The notes: generated from the sequence alone by a model not told the origin. A DNA stretch of 64,000 nt from an uncultured Pseudomonadota bacterium (GCA_963842155.1 CAWJFP010000028.1:48899-112898), one strand, 5' to 3'. Positions 46,177-57,741 are shown, numbered from the stretch's first letter. Numbers and translations: made by a program.

Positions 46177-47177
46177 GCGAGGCCCTGCGGGCCCTGATCG
46201 TGTCCGAGGACGAAAGCGAGCTGCGCCTCGACCGCTGGTTCAAGCGTCATTTCCCCACGCTTTCCCATGGCCGGCTCGAGCGGCTCATCCGGACGGGCCA
46301 GGTACGCGTCGACGGCCGCCGCGCCAAATCCGGACTCAGGCTCGCCCCCGGCCAATCGGTGCGCGTGCCGCAGCTCGGGGAAAGCGGGCCGCAGGCCGAG
46401 GGCGCCGGCGCACGGCCGCGGCTGCCGCCGACGCTGAGCGACGCCGACAGGCAATTCGCGCGGGCACTCGTGCTTTATCGCGATGACGACGTGATCGCGC
46501 TCAACAAGCCGCCCGGTCTAGCGGTGCAGGGCGGCACCGGCCTGGCGCGTCATCTCGACGGGCTGCTCGATGCGCTGCGCTTCGACGCGCCCGAGCGGCC
46601 GCGCCTCGTGCATCGCCTCGACAAGGATACGAGCGGCGTGCTGCTCCTGGGACGCAACGCCAAGGCAGCGGCGCGGCTCGCCGCCGCCTTCCGCGATCGC
46701 GCCACGCGCAAGATCTACTGGGCGCTCACGGCGGGCGTGCCGCGCCCCTTCCGCGGGCGCATCGATCTGGCGCTCGCCAAGCAAGGCGAAGGCGCCGAAC
46801 GCATGACGCTGGACGAGGAGGATGGCAAGCGCGCCGTCACCTACTACGCGGTCGTCGAGCATATGGGCCGCAAGGCGGCGTGGCTCGCCCTCTGGCCGGT
46901 GACCGGACGCACGCATCAGCTCCGCGTCCATCTTGCCGCCATCGGCACGCCCATTCTGGGCGACGGGAAATACGGCGCGGCCCAGGCCTTCGCGATTCCC
47001 GGCCTCTCGGGCAAGCTGCATCTCCACGCCCGCGCCATCGCCATCCCCCATCCGTCGAGCGGCAAGCCGCTCACGCTGATGGCACCCCTTCCCCCTCACA
47101 TGCTGGAGAGCTGGCGCTACTTCGGCTTCGATCCGGAGATGACGGGGGATCCCTTCGCCGAGCTCGAGACCAAATGA
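46173..47177 (+). CDS. RluA-family pseudouridine synthase with S4 domain (RluC-like)
   Basis: RLDRWFKR, NKPPGLAVQGG, HRLDKDTSG, TGRTHQLRVH. Confidence 0.93.
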   Translation: MSEALRALIVSEDESELRLDRWFKRHFPTLSHGRLERLIRTGQVRVDGRRAKSGLRLAPGQSVRVPQLGESGPQAEGAGARPRLPPTLSDADRQFARALVLYRDDDVIALNKPPGLAVQGGTGLARHLDGLLDALRFDAPERPRLVHRLDKDTSGVLLLGRNAKAAARLAAAFRDRATRKIYWALTAGVPRPFRGRIDLALAKQGEGAERMTLDEEDGKRAVTYYAVVEHMGRKAAWLALWPVTGRTHQLRVHLAAIGTPILGDGKYGAAQAFAIPGLSGKLHLHARAIAIPHPSSGKPLTLMAPLPPHMLESWRYFGFDPEMTGDPFAELETK

Positions 47178-47242
47178 CCACGCTCCCCGTGCCGCCCGGG
47201 ACATCCATAGAAGCCGCACAATTCGGCGATATACGGTAGGGC

Positions 47243-49003
47243 ATGGCCAGACAAAAGCCGGATTGTGCACCCCTCGCCGAACCGGAAGCCGCCTTTCGGG
47301 CGCAGACGATTGAGCATCCGGATCGTCCAGCTGGATTTGTCGGGCTGGCGCGCGAGGCGATGCGTCAGCGCGCCTGGAGCGTCGCGCTCGAGCGCTGGCA
47401 GGTTTGCTTCGAGCGCTTTGCGGCGCAGGCGCGGCCGGAATGGCAGGTCGGACTTGGCCGCGCGCTTCTCGCGCTCGGGCGTCTCGACGAGGCCGAGGTG
47501 GCCTTTCAAGCGCTGGCGGTGCGGCAAACGGATCGTCCGGCAGGATTTGTCGGGCTGGCGCGTGTGGCGACGCGCCGGTGCGCCTGGGACATCGCGCTCG
47601 AGCGCTGGCAGGTTTGCTTCGAGCGCTTTGCGGCGCAGGCGCGGCCGCAATGGTACGAGGCCCGCGCGAGCGCGCTTCTCGAGCTCGGGCGTCTCGACGA
47701 GGCGGCGGCGCTCTACCGGCAGATGATCGAGCGAGCGGCCGACGATTCGATGGCGCTGCAGGGCCTCGCGGTCGTCGCCGCGCGGATGGAGCAGGCGGAG
47801 GATGCCGCCCAATTGCTCGCCGTGCCTATCGAGGCGTTGGAACGTTCATTGGAGCTCGCGCCCGACGACCGGAATGCTCGGCTGAGCTTAGGCTTCATGC
47901 TTCAGTGCCTGGGCCGGCTTGACGCCGCTGTCGCCCAATATGCCGAGACGATCAGGCGCTGGCAATCGGCGCGCATCGCTCCGTCTCCCCAATGGTCGCG
48001 GCCCCGCGCCGCGCGGCGGATCGCCGGAGAGGTCCACTTGGTGAGTAACTTTGCCGTGCATGGCGGCGGCGAATGGAGGTGCATCGAGCTGTTCAAGGCT
48101 CTGGAGAAACACTGCCGACCAAGCCTCTGGAGCCCCTTGAAGCCGCTGCCGCTATTTGCGCAACGCTATCCGGTGCAAGTCATCGACACCGCGGCGGGGC
48201 GCTACCCGAAAGGGGGCACGATCGCGATTTTCGGCGCTCAGAAAATCCGCGAGTGGATACGCTTGGCGCAGCCGGAGCGCCTGATCCTCATCTACAACTA
48301 TCTGACGCCGCGCGGCCTGATGCGCGCCCTTGAAAACCTCGATCGCTGGGGCGTCTCCGGCCCGGAGCTCGTCTATGCCTCCGAGCTCATGCGGCGGGCC
48401 ACCTCTCTGCCTGGGATCGTGGAACCTTCGCTTATCGACATCTCGCGTTTTACGCCGCGAGCGCGGCGCCGGCACGAGCCGGACAGGTTCGCGGTCGGTC
48501 GCATGAGCCGCGATACCCCTGCAAAGCATCATCCGCGGGATCCCGGGCTTTATCGTCGGATGATCGATGCGGGATGCCACATCCGCCTGATGGGGGCGAC
48601 CGTCCTTGAGCCTCGGCTCGGCGGCCTCGCCGGAATTGAGATAATGCCGATCGAGGCCGAAGACGTGGCCGCTTTCCTTCAAGGCCTTGATTGCTTCTTC
48701 TATCGCACGTCATACGAGTTCGTGGAGACCAACGGCCGCGTGGTGCACGAGGCGATGGCCTGCGGCTTGCCGGTGGTTTGCCATCGCAACGGCGGATATC
48801 GCGAGGTGATCGACGATGGCCGGAATGGCTTTCTATTCGAGAGCGATGCCGAAGCGTTTGCCATCATCCTGCGCCTGAAAGCCGAGCCGGAGCTCCGCCG
48901 CAGGATCGGCGAGGCCGCGCGGAGGACCGCGGAGGCCATCCATGGACCGGCTGCCCGTCGCGATTTGATCGATTTCTACCTGGCGCCACGCGGCACCCTG
49001 TAG
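47243..49003 (+). CDS. TPR-repeat / glycosyltransferase family 4 fusion protein
   Basis: N-terminal TPR-like repeats (LGRLDEA); C-terminal GT-B motif ETNGRVVHEAMACGLPVV...IDDGRNGFL. Confidence 0.8.
   Translation: MARQKPDCAPLAEPEAAFRAQTIEHPDRPAGFVGLAREAMRQRAWSVALERWQVCFERFAAQARPEWQVGLGRALLALGRLDEAEVAFQALAVRQTDRPAGFVGLARVATRRCAWDIALERWQVCFERFAAQARPQWYEARASALLELGRLDEAAALYRQMIERAADDSMALQGLAVVAARMEQAEDAAQLLAVPIEALERSLELAPDDRNARLSLGFMLQCLGRLDAAVAQYAETIRRWQSARIAPSPQWSRPRAARRIAGEVHLVSNFAVHGGGEWRCIELFKALEKHCRPSLWSPLKPLPLFAQRYPVQVIDTAAGRYPKGGTIAIFGAQKIREWIRLAQPERLILIYNYLTPRGLMRALENLDRWGVSGPELVYASELMRRATSLPGIVEPSLIDISRFTPRARRRHEPDRFAVGRMSRDTPAKHHPRDPGLYRRMIDAGCHIRLMGATVLEPRLGGLAGIEIMPIEAEDVAAFLQGLDCFFYRTSYEFVETNGRVVHEAMACGLPVVCHRNGGYREVIDDGRNGFLFESDAEAFAIILRLKAEPELRRRIGEAARRTAEAIHGPAARRDLIDFYLAPRGTL
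47320..47705 (+). repeat. Intragenic tandem duplication, period 210 bp (70 aa)
   Basis: DRPAGFVGLAR...ALERWQVCFERFAAQARP...LGRLDEA occurs twice, with long identical nucleotide blocks at 47321 and 47531. Confidence 0.85.
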
Positions 49004-49141
49004 CCTACGGCGGTTCTACCCGAATGCAATCAGCGGGGCCAGCCTGTTCCGATCTCTCGGCGGCTCACGCTCGCGCGCCATAAAGGGTGCCGTCGCAAGG
49101 CGCTCTTTCCTTTGCCCCGGTCTTGCGCCACATATGGCGCC

Positions 49142-49834
49142 ATGAAGGAAGAGCGCGCCTTGCGGCTTGCCGTTTTCGATTGCGACGGCACGTTGGTCGA
49201 CAGCCAGCACGGCATCTTCGCCGCCGTGAGCGCGGCCTTCGAATCCTGCGGCCTGGTCCCGCCCCTCCCGGCGCTCTCGCGGCGGGTCATCGGCTTGCCG
49301 CTGGCCCAAGCCCTCGCCGCCTTGATCCCGGCGGAGGCCGCGCTCGATCCCGAGCTGCTCGCCCAACGTTACCGCGACGCCTTCCACGAAGTCAGGCGCC
49401 GGCCCGAGCTCGACGAGCCTCTTTTCGCGGGCGCCCTCGAAGCGCTCGACGCGCTCGCGGCCGACGGCTTTCTACTTGGCGTCGCCACCGGCAAGGGGCG
49501 GCGCGGACTCGAGGCGACGCTCGGGCGCCATGACGTGCTCCACCGATTCGCCACCTTGCAGACCAGCGAGACGGGTCCCGGCAAGCCGCATCCGGAAATG
49601 CTGCTGCGCGCCATGGCGGAGGTCGGGGCCGAGCCCGCGGCCACGGTGATGATCGGCGACACGAGCTTCGACATGCAGATGGCGCGCGCGGCGTCGGTCA
49701 AGGCGCTCGGGGTCGGCTGGGGCTATCACGCGCCCGAGGAGCTCAGTGCAGCCGGCGCCCACGCCCTCGTGCCGGGGTTCTCGGAGCTACCCGCGGCCGT
49801 GCGCGCGCTGCTGCCGCTCGGCCATCCGCCATGA
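49142..49834 (+). CDS. HAD-IA family hydrolase (phosphoglycolate phosphatase-like)
   Basis: FDCDGTLVDSQ, ATGK, KPHPEM, MIGDTSFD. Confidence 0.92.
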   Translation: MKEERALRLAVFDCDGTLVDSQHGIFAAVSAAFESCGLVPPLPALSRRVIGLPLAQALAALIPAEAALDPELLAQRYRDAFHEVRRRPELDEPLFAGALEALDALAADGFLLGVATGKGRRGLEATLGRHDVLHRFATLQTSETGPGKPHPEMLLRAMAEVGAEPAATVMIGDTSFDMQMARAASVKALGVGWGYHAPEELSAAGAHALVPGFSELPAAVRALLPLGHPP

Positions 49835-50541
49835 TGCGAGCCTCGCGCAAGCGCGCCTATGTCGATGTCGCGGTCATGGAAGAGCCGGAGGGTTTCGTTC
49901 TGACGCTCGACGGCAAGCCCCTGCTCAGCGCGGCCAAGCGCCCGCTGCGCCTGCCGAGCCGGGCGCTCGCTGAGGCGATCGCCGGCGAATGGGCCGCGCA
50001 AGGCCAAGAGCTCGATCCGCGCAGCATGCCCTTGACCCGTCTCGCTTATGCGGCCATCGACGTCGTGGCGCCGGGTCGCACCGAGATCGCGCGCCGCACG
50101 GCGGAGTTCGCCGGCACCGACCTTCTATGCTATCGCGCGAGCGAGCCCGAGGAGTTGGCGCTGCGCCAGCAGACGCTATGGCAGCCGCTGCTCGACTGGG
50201 CGGCGGCGCGCTATGGCGCGTATCTGGCCGTCGCGCAGGGGGTGATGGCTGTGGCACAGCCGGCCGATGCTCTCGCCGCCCTCGGCGACGAAGTCGCGGC
50301 GCTCGACGATATGCGGCTCGCGGCCTTGGCGACGGCGACCGGAGCGCTCGGCTCGCTTGTCCTGGGCCTTGCGCTTGTCGAGGGCCGGCTCGACGCCGAG
50401 GCCGCCTTCGCCCTCTCCCAGCTCGACGAGAGCTTCCAGAGCCAGCGTTGGGGCGAGGACGAGGAGGCCGCCGCCCAGCGCGCACGGCTCAAGGAGGATG
50501 TCGCGGCGGCCGCGCGCTTTCTCGCGCTGCTGAGGGAGTGA
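49831..50541 (+). CDS. ATP12 family chaperone
   Basis: LDGKPL, AIAGEW, MPLTRL, TDLLCYRA, WGEDEEA. Confidence 0.92.
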   Translation: MMRASRKRAYVDVAVMEEPEGFVLTLDGKPLLSAAKRPLRLPSRALAEAIAGEWAAQGQELDPRSMPLTRLAYAAIDVVAPGRTEIARRTAEFAGTDLLCYRASEPEELALRQQTLWQPLLDWAAARYGAYLAVAQGVMAVAQPADALAALGDEVAALDDMRLAALATATGALGSLVLGLALVEGRLDAEAAFALSQLDESFQSQRWGEDEEAAAQRARLKEDVAAAARFLALLRE

Positions 50542-50570
50542 GGCGCGGTCCGCGCGGGTGCGAATTGTCT

Positions 50571-53500
50571 CTAGGCCAATTCGGCAAGCAAGCGCGTCGC
50601 TTCCGCGAATTCCGGAAGCTCCATGCTTTTATCGAAGCCCGCGAGCGCAGGGGCGAGCAGGGAGCGCGCGGCCTCGTCGCGATTCGTCCTGTGATAGAGC
50701 CGTGCGAGCGACAGCGATGCACGCAGCTCGAATGTCAGCGTCTTCTGGCCGCGGGCGATCTCGATCGCGCGACCGAAGGCGGCCTCGGCTGCGGCGATAT
50801 CGGGCCGCGCGGCGCGAAGCAGAATGTCGCCGCGAACGCGATAAAGGTCCGCCTCATCCCAACGCTGCCCCGTTCGCTCGCTTACGGGAAAGGGCGTCAT
50901 CGAGCGTCGCGAGCGCGGATTCGACATGGCCCATCTGCGCTTCTATCTCGGCAAGACATGCTTCTAACAACGGCAGGAAGAAGGCGACCCCTTGCTCTCT
51001 TAACATCCCCATGCCCAGGCGCATTGCCGCTTCTCCGACCTCCCGCTCGCCCGCTCGCCAGCGCGCATAGCCGAGGTCGAAAGTGCCAAGGGCATCCCAA
51101 ACCGGCAGCCCGAGTTCGCGGCTCATGCCGACGAGCGATTCGGCATGCGGCAGGAGCCGCCCTGTGTCGCGGGCGAGCAGCTCGACTTCGCAAATAAGGC
51201 CCAGCGCATAGGCGACGGTCGCGAGATGCCCTGTGCTTGGCGCATAGGCGAGCGCTTCGCTCGGCAAGGCGGCGGGCGCGCGCAAGCTCGCCGCGCCCCC
51301 AGAGCGTGAAGGCAAGATACACCATGCAAGAGACGCCGCTGTCGGCGCCGTAGCGGACGGCGAGGGGACGGTGCCGCTCTGCGTCGTAGAGCGCAAGACC
51401 CTGCTCGAGATGCTCCTGAGCGCCAATATAATCGCCCGCATACCAAAGGCTGGTGCCGACGAGACGATGCCCCACCATGAGTTCGGGCGAGTCGGGCTCG
51501 CGCTCGGCGTCGCGCAGGAAGGCCGCCGACAGCTCCCGCATGGGCGCGGGCTCGCCGCGGACATAGCTGCCGGTCCATAGGCCGTAACGCGCCGAGAAAC
51601 GCTCGGCCGAATTTTCGATGCCGACCGCGAGCTCGGCGGCGCGCGCAAAGGCGGCCGTCGTCTCCGGCGCGCCATGTCCGCGCGATAGGAGCAACGCCTG
51701 GCCATAGGCGATTTGCAGCCGCAGCCGGAGCAGGCGCTCAGCGGGACCGTCGGCCAGACCCTCCGCCAGGCCGATCGCCTTGCCGAGATGGTCGGCGGCC
51801 TCGACATAGGCCGCGCGGCGAAGCGCGCCATCGCCGGCGCGTTGCCAGGCGGCGATGGCGGCTTCGGTCTCGCCCGCCTCGGTCAGGTGATAGGCGAGCA
51901 GTTCCGGCTGCGCCTCTCCGATCTCCTTGAATTCATCGGTCAAGGCCCGCGCCGCCGCGCGATGCAGCTCGCGGCGGCGGCTTTTCAGCAAGGTCCCATA
52001 GGCGGCGTCCTGCACCAGTGCATGCTTGAAGCGGTAGATGGCATCCGGCGGCAGGCCCTGGGCATGGATGAGGTCCGCCTCGGCCAGCCGTTCCAGGGCC
52101 ACTGTAAGAATAGCGTCGCCCAATCCGGCGACCGCCCGGATCAGCGGATAGGTGAACTCGCGCCCAAGCACCGCGGCGATCTGCGCCGCTTCCTTGGCCG
52201 ATCCCAGACGGTCGAGCCGCGCCGTCAGCGAGGCCTGCAAGGTCAAGGGTATGGCTTGCGTCCCGCCATGCCCGTCGCCTTCGAGCAGCAAGCGGGTCAC
52301 TTCCTCGATGAAGAGCGGCACGCCGCCGGTGCGCGTCACCAGCGCCTCCAGCACCTCGCCGCTGAGGGCATGGCGCGCCGCCACCTCATCCACCATGCGC
52401 AGCACCTCGCGCCGCTCCAACGGCGCCAGCGCGATCACGGTGTGATGGGAGCGGTGCGGCCAGGGCGCGCGGAACTCGGGCCGGCTCGTGATGAGGAGCA
52501 TCAGCGCTACAGTGGCACCCTGCTCGGCCAGCACCCGCAACAGATCGAGCGTCGAGGGATCGGCCCAATGGACATCCTCGACCAGCAGAAGGATGGCTTG
52601 CGTGCGCGCCCCGCCCGTCAACCAGCAGGCCAAGGTCGCGATCAGCCGCCGCCGCCGCTCCTCGGGCGCCGAGGGCGGCGGCGGATAATCCGCCGGCACC
52701 GGCAGCTCCAAGAGCGGCGCCACCAGCGGCACGGATTGCGCGGGGTCGAGCCCCACCGCGCGATGCCAGGCGGCAAGCGCCGCGACACGACCCTCCGGCG
52801 TCGGGTCCTGCTCCTCCAAGCGCCGCCGGGCGAACTCGATGAAGGGGTGGAAGGGCGTGTTCTGCAAAAGCTGCGAGCAGGCGAATTCCGTCCAGGTATG
52901 GGGCGTATCCGCGAGCCGGCTCTGGAACTCCTCCGTCAGCCGGGATTTGCCCAAGCCCGCTTCGCCCACCAGCAGCACCAGCTGCCCCTGGCCCGCTCGC
53001 GCCCGACCCCAGCGGCTCTCGACCTGGCGCAATTCCTCCTCGCGCCCGATCAGCGGCGTCGGCGCACGGCCCGCGGCGCGCCGCCGGCCGGCGCCGCTGG
53101 CCCGCATCACCTGATAGAGGCCAACCGGCTGGGCCACGCCTTTCAGGGTCTGCGCTCCCCGCTCGCTCACTACGAACAGCCCGGACACCAGCCGGTGAAC
53201 GTCGCCGGTGATCAGCACCGTGCCGGGCTCGGCCGCCGCCTGAACGCGGGCCGCGATGTTCGGCACCTCGCCGAAGACCTCGGCGTCCTCGCCGATCACC
53301 ACCGGCCCGGCATGGATGCCGACGCGCACCGCCAGCTTGGGCCCGCCGCGCGCCGCCAAGGCGCCGGCTCTGCGCGGCGATCACCTCGATGATCGCCAGA
53401 CCGGCGCGCACCGCCCGCTCGGCGTCGTTCTCCTGTGCTTGCGGATAGCCGAAATAGACCAGCGCCCCGTCGCCGAGATTCTTGGCGACATGACCGCCGA

Positions 53501-53894
53501 AGCGGTCGACCGCCTCGGCGACGGCGCGATGATAATCGGCGACGATGTCGCGCCATTCCTCGGCGTCGAGGCGACCGGCGATCGCGGTCGAGCCGACCAG
53601 ATCGCAGAACATCACCATGAGATGGCGCCGCTCGCCGCTCGAAGGCGCCGCCGCAACGGCAGGGCTCGCTTTCGGCGGCGGACTTGGCGCGGGAGCAGCC
53701 GGGCTTGACGCGCCGGATTCGAGCGCTGCGATGGCATCGAGCAGCTTGCGCCGATGGCCGACCTGCACGACGCCGATATCCTTCAGATCTTCGCTCGTCA
53801 GCCGCGGCAATATTGCGCCGTCGATCGCGTTGTCGCGAAAGGCCGGCGCGTACTGCTCCAATCCCAGGCCGCGTAACCAAGCCGCAACGTCCAT
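50571..53894 (-). CDS. SAM domain - class III adenylate/guanylate cyclase - STAND ATPase - TPR protein (three apparent +1 frameshifts)
   Basis: SAM ([10 protein letters not shown]...GHRRKLL), cyclase ([17 protein letters not shown]), P-loop [18 protein letters not shown] tail; pieces join near 53360, 51260 and 50888. Confidence 0.85.
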
Positions 53895-54057
53895 CCGCCC
53901 CCGTACCATTCCGGACGCGAAATCGTGCCCACTGTCCGCCAGAGCGCTTGCACGTCAAGTGAAAAAGCCCGCGCTGGCCTTGGCCATCGCCTTCGTGCTA
54001 TTTGCAATCTGCCCTCCGACGGTCATTTTCCGGCAAGCCATGGCAGGCGAGGTTCCC

Positions 54058-55590
<1,533 letters not shown>

Positions 55591-55602
55591 GGGCGGGTCG
55601 CG

Positions 55603-55812
55603 ATGGAATCCGGCCAGCGACGCCTGCGCGCCTTTCGCCTGCATCTCTTGGGCTATGCCGTCGTCGCGGCGGCGCTCGTGGCGCTCAACCTCGCGCTCGA
55701 TCCCGCGCGCGTCTGGTTCGTCTGGCCGATGGTGGGCTGGGGTGGCATCCTCGCCGTCCATGTTGCCTATGTGATGGGACTTTTCGGGCGCGGAGGGAGA
55801 AGCGAGCCATGA
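55603..55812 (+). CDS. 2TM domain small membrane protein
   Basis: FRLHLLGY...LNL...WFVWPMVGWG..LAVH pattern; overlaps the amidase start. Confidence 0.75.
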   Translation: MESGQRRLRAFRLHLLGYAVVAAALVALNLALDPARVWFVWPMVGWGGILAVHVAYVMGLFGRGGRSEP

Positions 55813-57203
55813 GCAAGGAGGTCGCGCTGTTGTCGGCCGTCGAGCTGGCGGCGCTTTATCGCCGCAAGAAGCTGTCGCCCGTCGAGGCAACCAAGGCCGC
55901 GCTCGCGCGCCTGGACGCGCTCAACGGCCGGCTCAACGCCTTCCGCCTGGTGGATGCCAAGGCCGCTCTCGCCGCCGCGCGGCGCTCGGAGCGGCGCTGG
56001 CATAAAGGCGAGGCGCTCGGCCCCGTCGACGGCGTGCCGGTCTCGGTCAAGGATCTGCTCCTCACCAAGGGCTGGTCCACCTTGCGCGGCTCCGAGACGA
56101 TCGATCCCGACCAGCCTTGGCTCGAGGACGCGCCCTCGGTCGCGCGGCTCAGGGAAGACGGCGCGGTCCTCCTCGGCAAGACCACGACGCCCGAGTTCGG
56201 CTGGAAGGGCGTCACCGACAGTCCGCTTACCGGCATCTCGCGCAACCCCTGGAACCAAGCGAAGACGCCGGGCGGTTCGAGCGGGGGAGCGGCCATCGCG
56301 GCGGCGACCGGCATGGGGGCGCTCCATCTCGGCACCGACGGCGGCGGCTCGATCCGCATTCCCTCGGGCTTTTGCGGCATTTTCGGCTTCAAGCCGAGCT
56401 ACGGGCTGGTACCCGCCTATCCGGCGAGTCCCTTTGCCGCGGTCGCCCATGTCGGGCCCATGACGCGCACGGTCGAGGACGCGGCGCTCATGCTGAATGT
56501 GATCGCCCGGCCCGACGCCCGCGACTTCTACGCCGCACCCTATCGCGGCATCGACTATCGCAAAACTCTCAATGCGGGCATCAAGGGCTTGCGGGTCGGC
56601 TATGCGCCGACGCTCTCGGGCAACCCCGTCGATCCCGAGGTGGCGGCGATCGTGGAGCGCGCCGCGCGTGGCTTCAAGGCGCTCGGCGCCACAATCGAGG
56701 AGACGGCGCCCGAGCTCGGCCTCTACGGCCCCGTCTTCGCCACCCATTGGTACGCCTCCGCGGCGAGCCTTCTCTCGGGCTTCACGCCCGAGCAGCGTCT
56801 GCTGATCGATCCCGGGCTCATCGAGATTGCCGCGCAAGGCGCGCGGATCCCGCTGCTCGACTATTTTGCCGCCATCAAGGCGCGCGAGGCCATGGGCGCG
56901 GTCATGCGCGTCTTCCACGAGCGCTACGACCTCCTGCTGCTGCCGACCCTTCCGATCGCCGCCTTCGAGGCCGGCCGCAATACGCCGCGTACGGGCAGCG
57001 GCAACGAATGGGTGGACTGGACGCCCTTCACCTATCCCTTCAATCTGACGAAGCAGCCGGCGGCCACCGTGCCTTGCGGCCTTACCGAGGCAGGGCTGCC
57101 GGTCGGACTGCAGATCGTAGGACCCCTTTACCAGGATTTGCGGGTCCTCCAGGCGGCCCGTGCCTTCGAGCGGGCGCATCCCTTCGCCATGCCCGATATC
57201 TGA
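55809..57203 (+). CDS. Amidase signature family protein
   Basis: GVPVSVKD, GKTTTPEFG, TPGGSSGG, GTDGGGSIRIP. Confidence 0.93.
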   Translation: MSKEVALLSAVELAALYRRKKLSPVEATKAALARLDALNGRLNAFRLVDAKAALAAARRSERRWHKGEALGPVDGVPVSVKDLLLTKGWSTLRGSETIDPDQPWLEDAPSVARLREDGAVLLGKTTTPEFGWKGVTDSPLTGISRNPWNQAKTPGGSSGGAAIAAATGMGALHLGTDGGGSIRIPSGFCGIFGFKPSYGLVPAYPASPFAAVAHVGPMTRTVEDAALMLNVIARPDARDFYAAPYRGIDYRKTLNAGIKGLRVGYAPTLSGNPVDPEVAAIVERAARGFKALGATIEETAPELGLYGPVFATHWYASAASLLSGFTPEQRLLIDPGLIEIAAQGARIPLLDYFAAIKAREAMGAVMRVFHERYDLLLLPTLPIAAFEAGRNTPRTGSGNEWVDWTPFTYPFNLTKQPAATVPCGLTEAGLPVGLQIVGPLYQDLRVLQAARAFERAHPFAMPDI

Positions 57204-57233
57204 GCCAAAAAGATGGTTGGCGGCGCGCTAATA

Positions 57234-57249
57234 TTAACGATTGCTTTAC
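57234..57249 (+). promoter_or_regulatory. CtrA-box-like site
   Basis: TTAA-CGATTGC-TTTAC, one mismatch to TTAA-N7-TTAAC, just upstream of the putative sRNA. Confidence 0.4.
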
Positions 57250-57261
57250 TTATGCCGGATA

Positions 57262-57362
57262 GGCTCGGGGTCGGTTGGAGCTCTCGGACCTCCCCGGTTC
57301 GATCCAACCTTCGTTGACGCCTCCCTGTTCAACTTGAGCCGCGCTTGCGCGGCTCTTTTTTT
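57262..57362 (+). ncRNA. Putative trans-acting sRNA with two CCUCCC anti-SD loops (suhB/alpha-r8- or AbcR-like architecture)
   Basis: Hairpin GGTTGGA/TCCAACC enclosing CCTCCCC, hairpin GTTGA-CGCCTCCCTGT-TCAAC, then a terminator; 5' end approximate. Confidence 0.65.
57336..57362 (+). terminator. Rho-independent terminator
   Basis: GAGCCGCGC-TT-GCGCGGCTC-TTTTTTT. Confidence 0.9.
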
Positions 57363-57495
57363 CGCCCGCGCGGCGCATCCCACCCAGGTCTCGAAAAGAT
57401 GGGCTTTTGCCCATTTTCGCGCCAGGCGATCATCCGAAAGTCGCTGAAATTGAAAGATTTAATCTGCCATTCCCGATCTGTTCACCCGATGCCGC

Positions 57496-57525
57496 TTGAC
57501 TGCGACAGATGGCCGCATCTACTCT
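57496..57525 (+). promoter_or_regulatory. Candidate sigma70 promoter for the second small RNA
   Basis: TTGACT-N18-TACTCT. Confidence 0.45.
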
Positions 57526-57527
57526 AC

Positions 57528-57631
57528 GGCGACGGTGAGTTGAATAGGGACGGGCGTCGCGAAAAAGGCAGGCTGCCGGTTCAGTGCAGCATCCAAGCTC
57601 GAGAGGGCCGCCATTGGCGGCCCTTTCTTTT
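57528..57631 (+). ncRNA. Putative second small RNA, complementary to the upstream sRNA (candidate sponge)
   Basis: GCGACG/CGTCGC hairpin exposing GAGTTGAATAGGGA, GCTGC/GCAGC hairpin, own terminator; no convincing ORF. Confidence 0.5.
57601..57631 (+). terminator. Rho-independent terminator
   Basis: AGGGCCGCCA-T-TGGCGGCCCT-TTCTTTT. Confidence 0.85.
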
Positions 57632-57741
57632 CGCGCATCCCCGGGCTTTTTGCGTATCATTCCATTGACGGACAGTCAGCAGCCTCCATCGAGCCGCTTC
57701 CGGCAGGCGAACGCGCGATTGCCGGGAGACGGGGAGCGGCC

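Noticed and set aside
57528-57741. SAM or cobalamin riboswitch upstream of metY
   Set aside because: No SAM-II or SAM-SAH consensus; AATAGGGA resembles a B12 element fragment but the rest of the motif is absent
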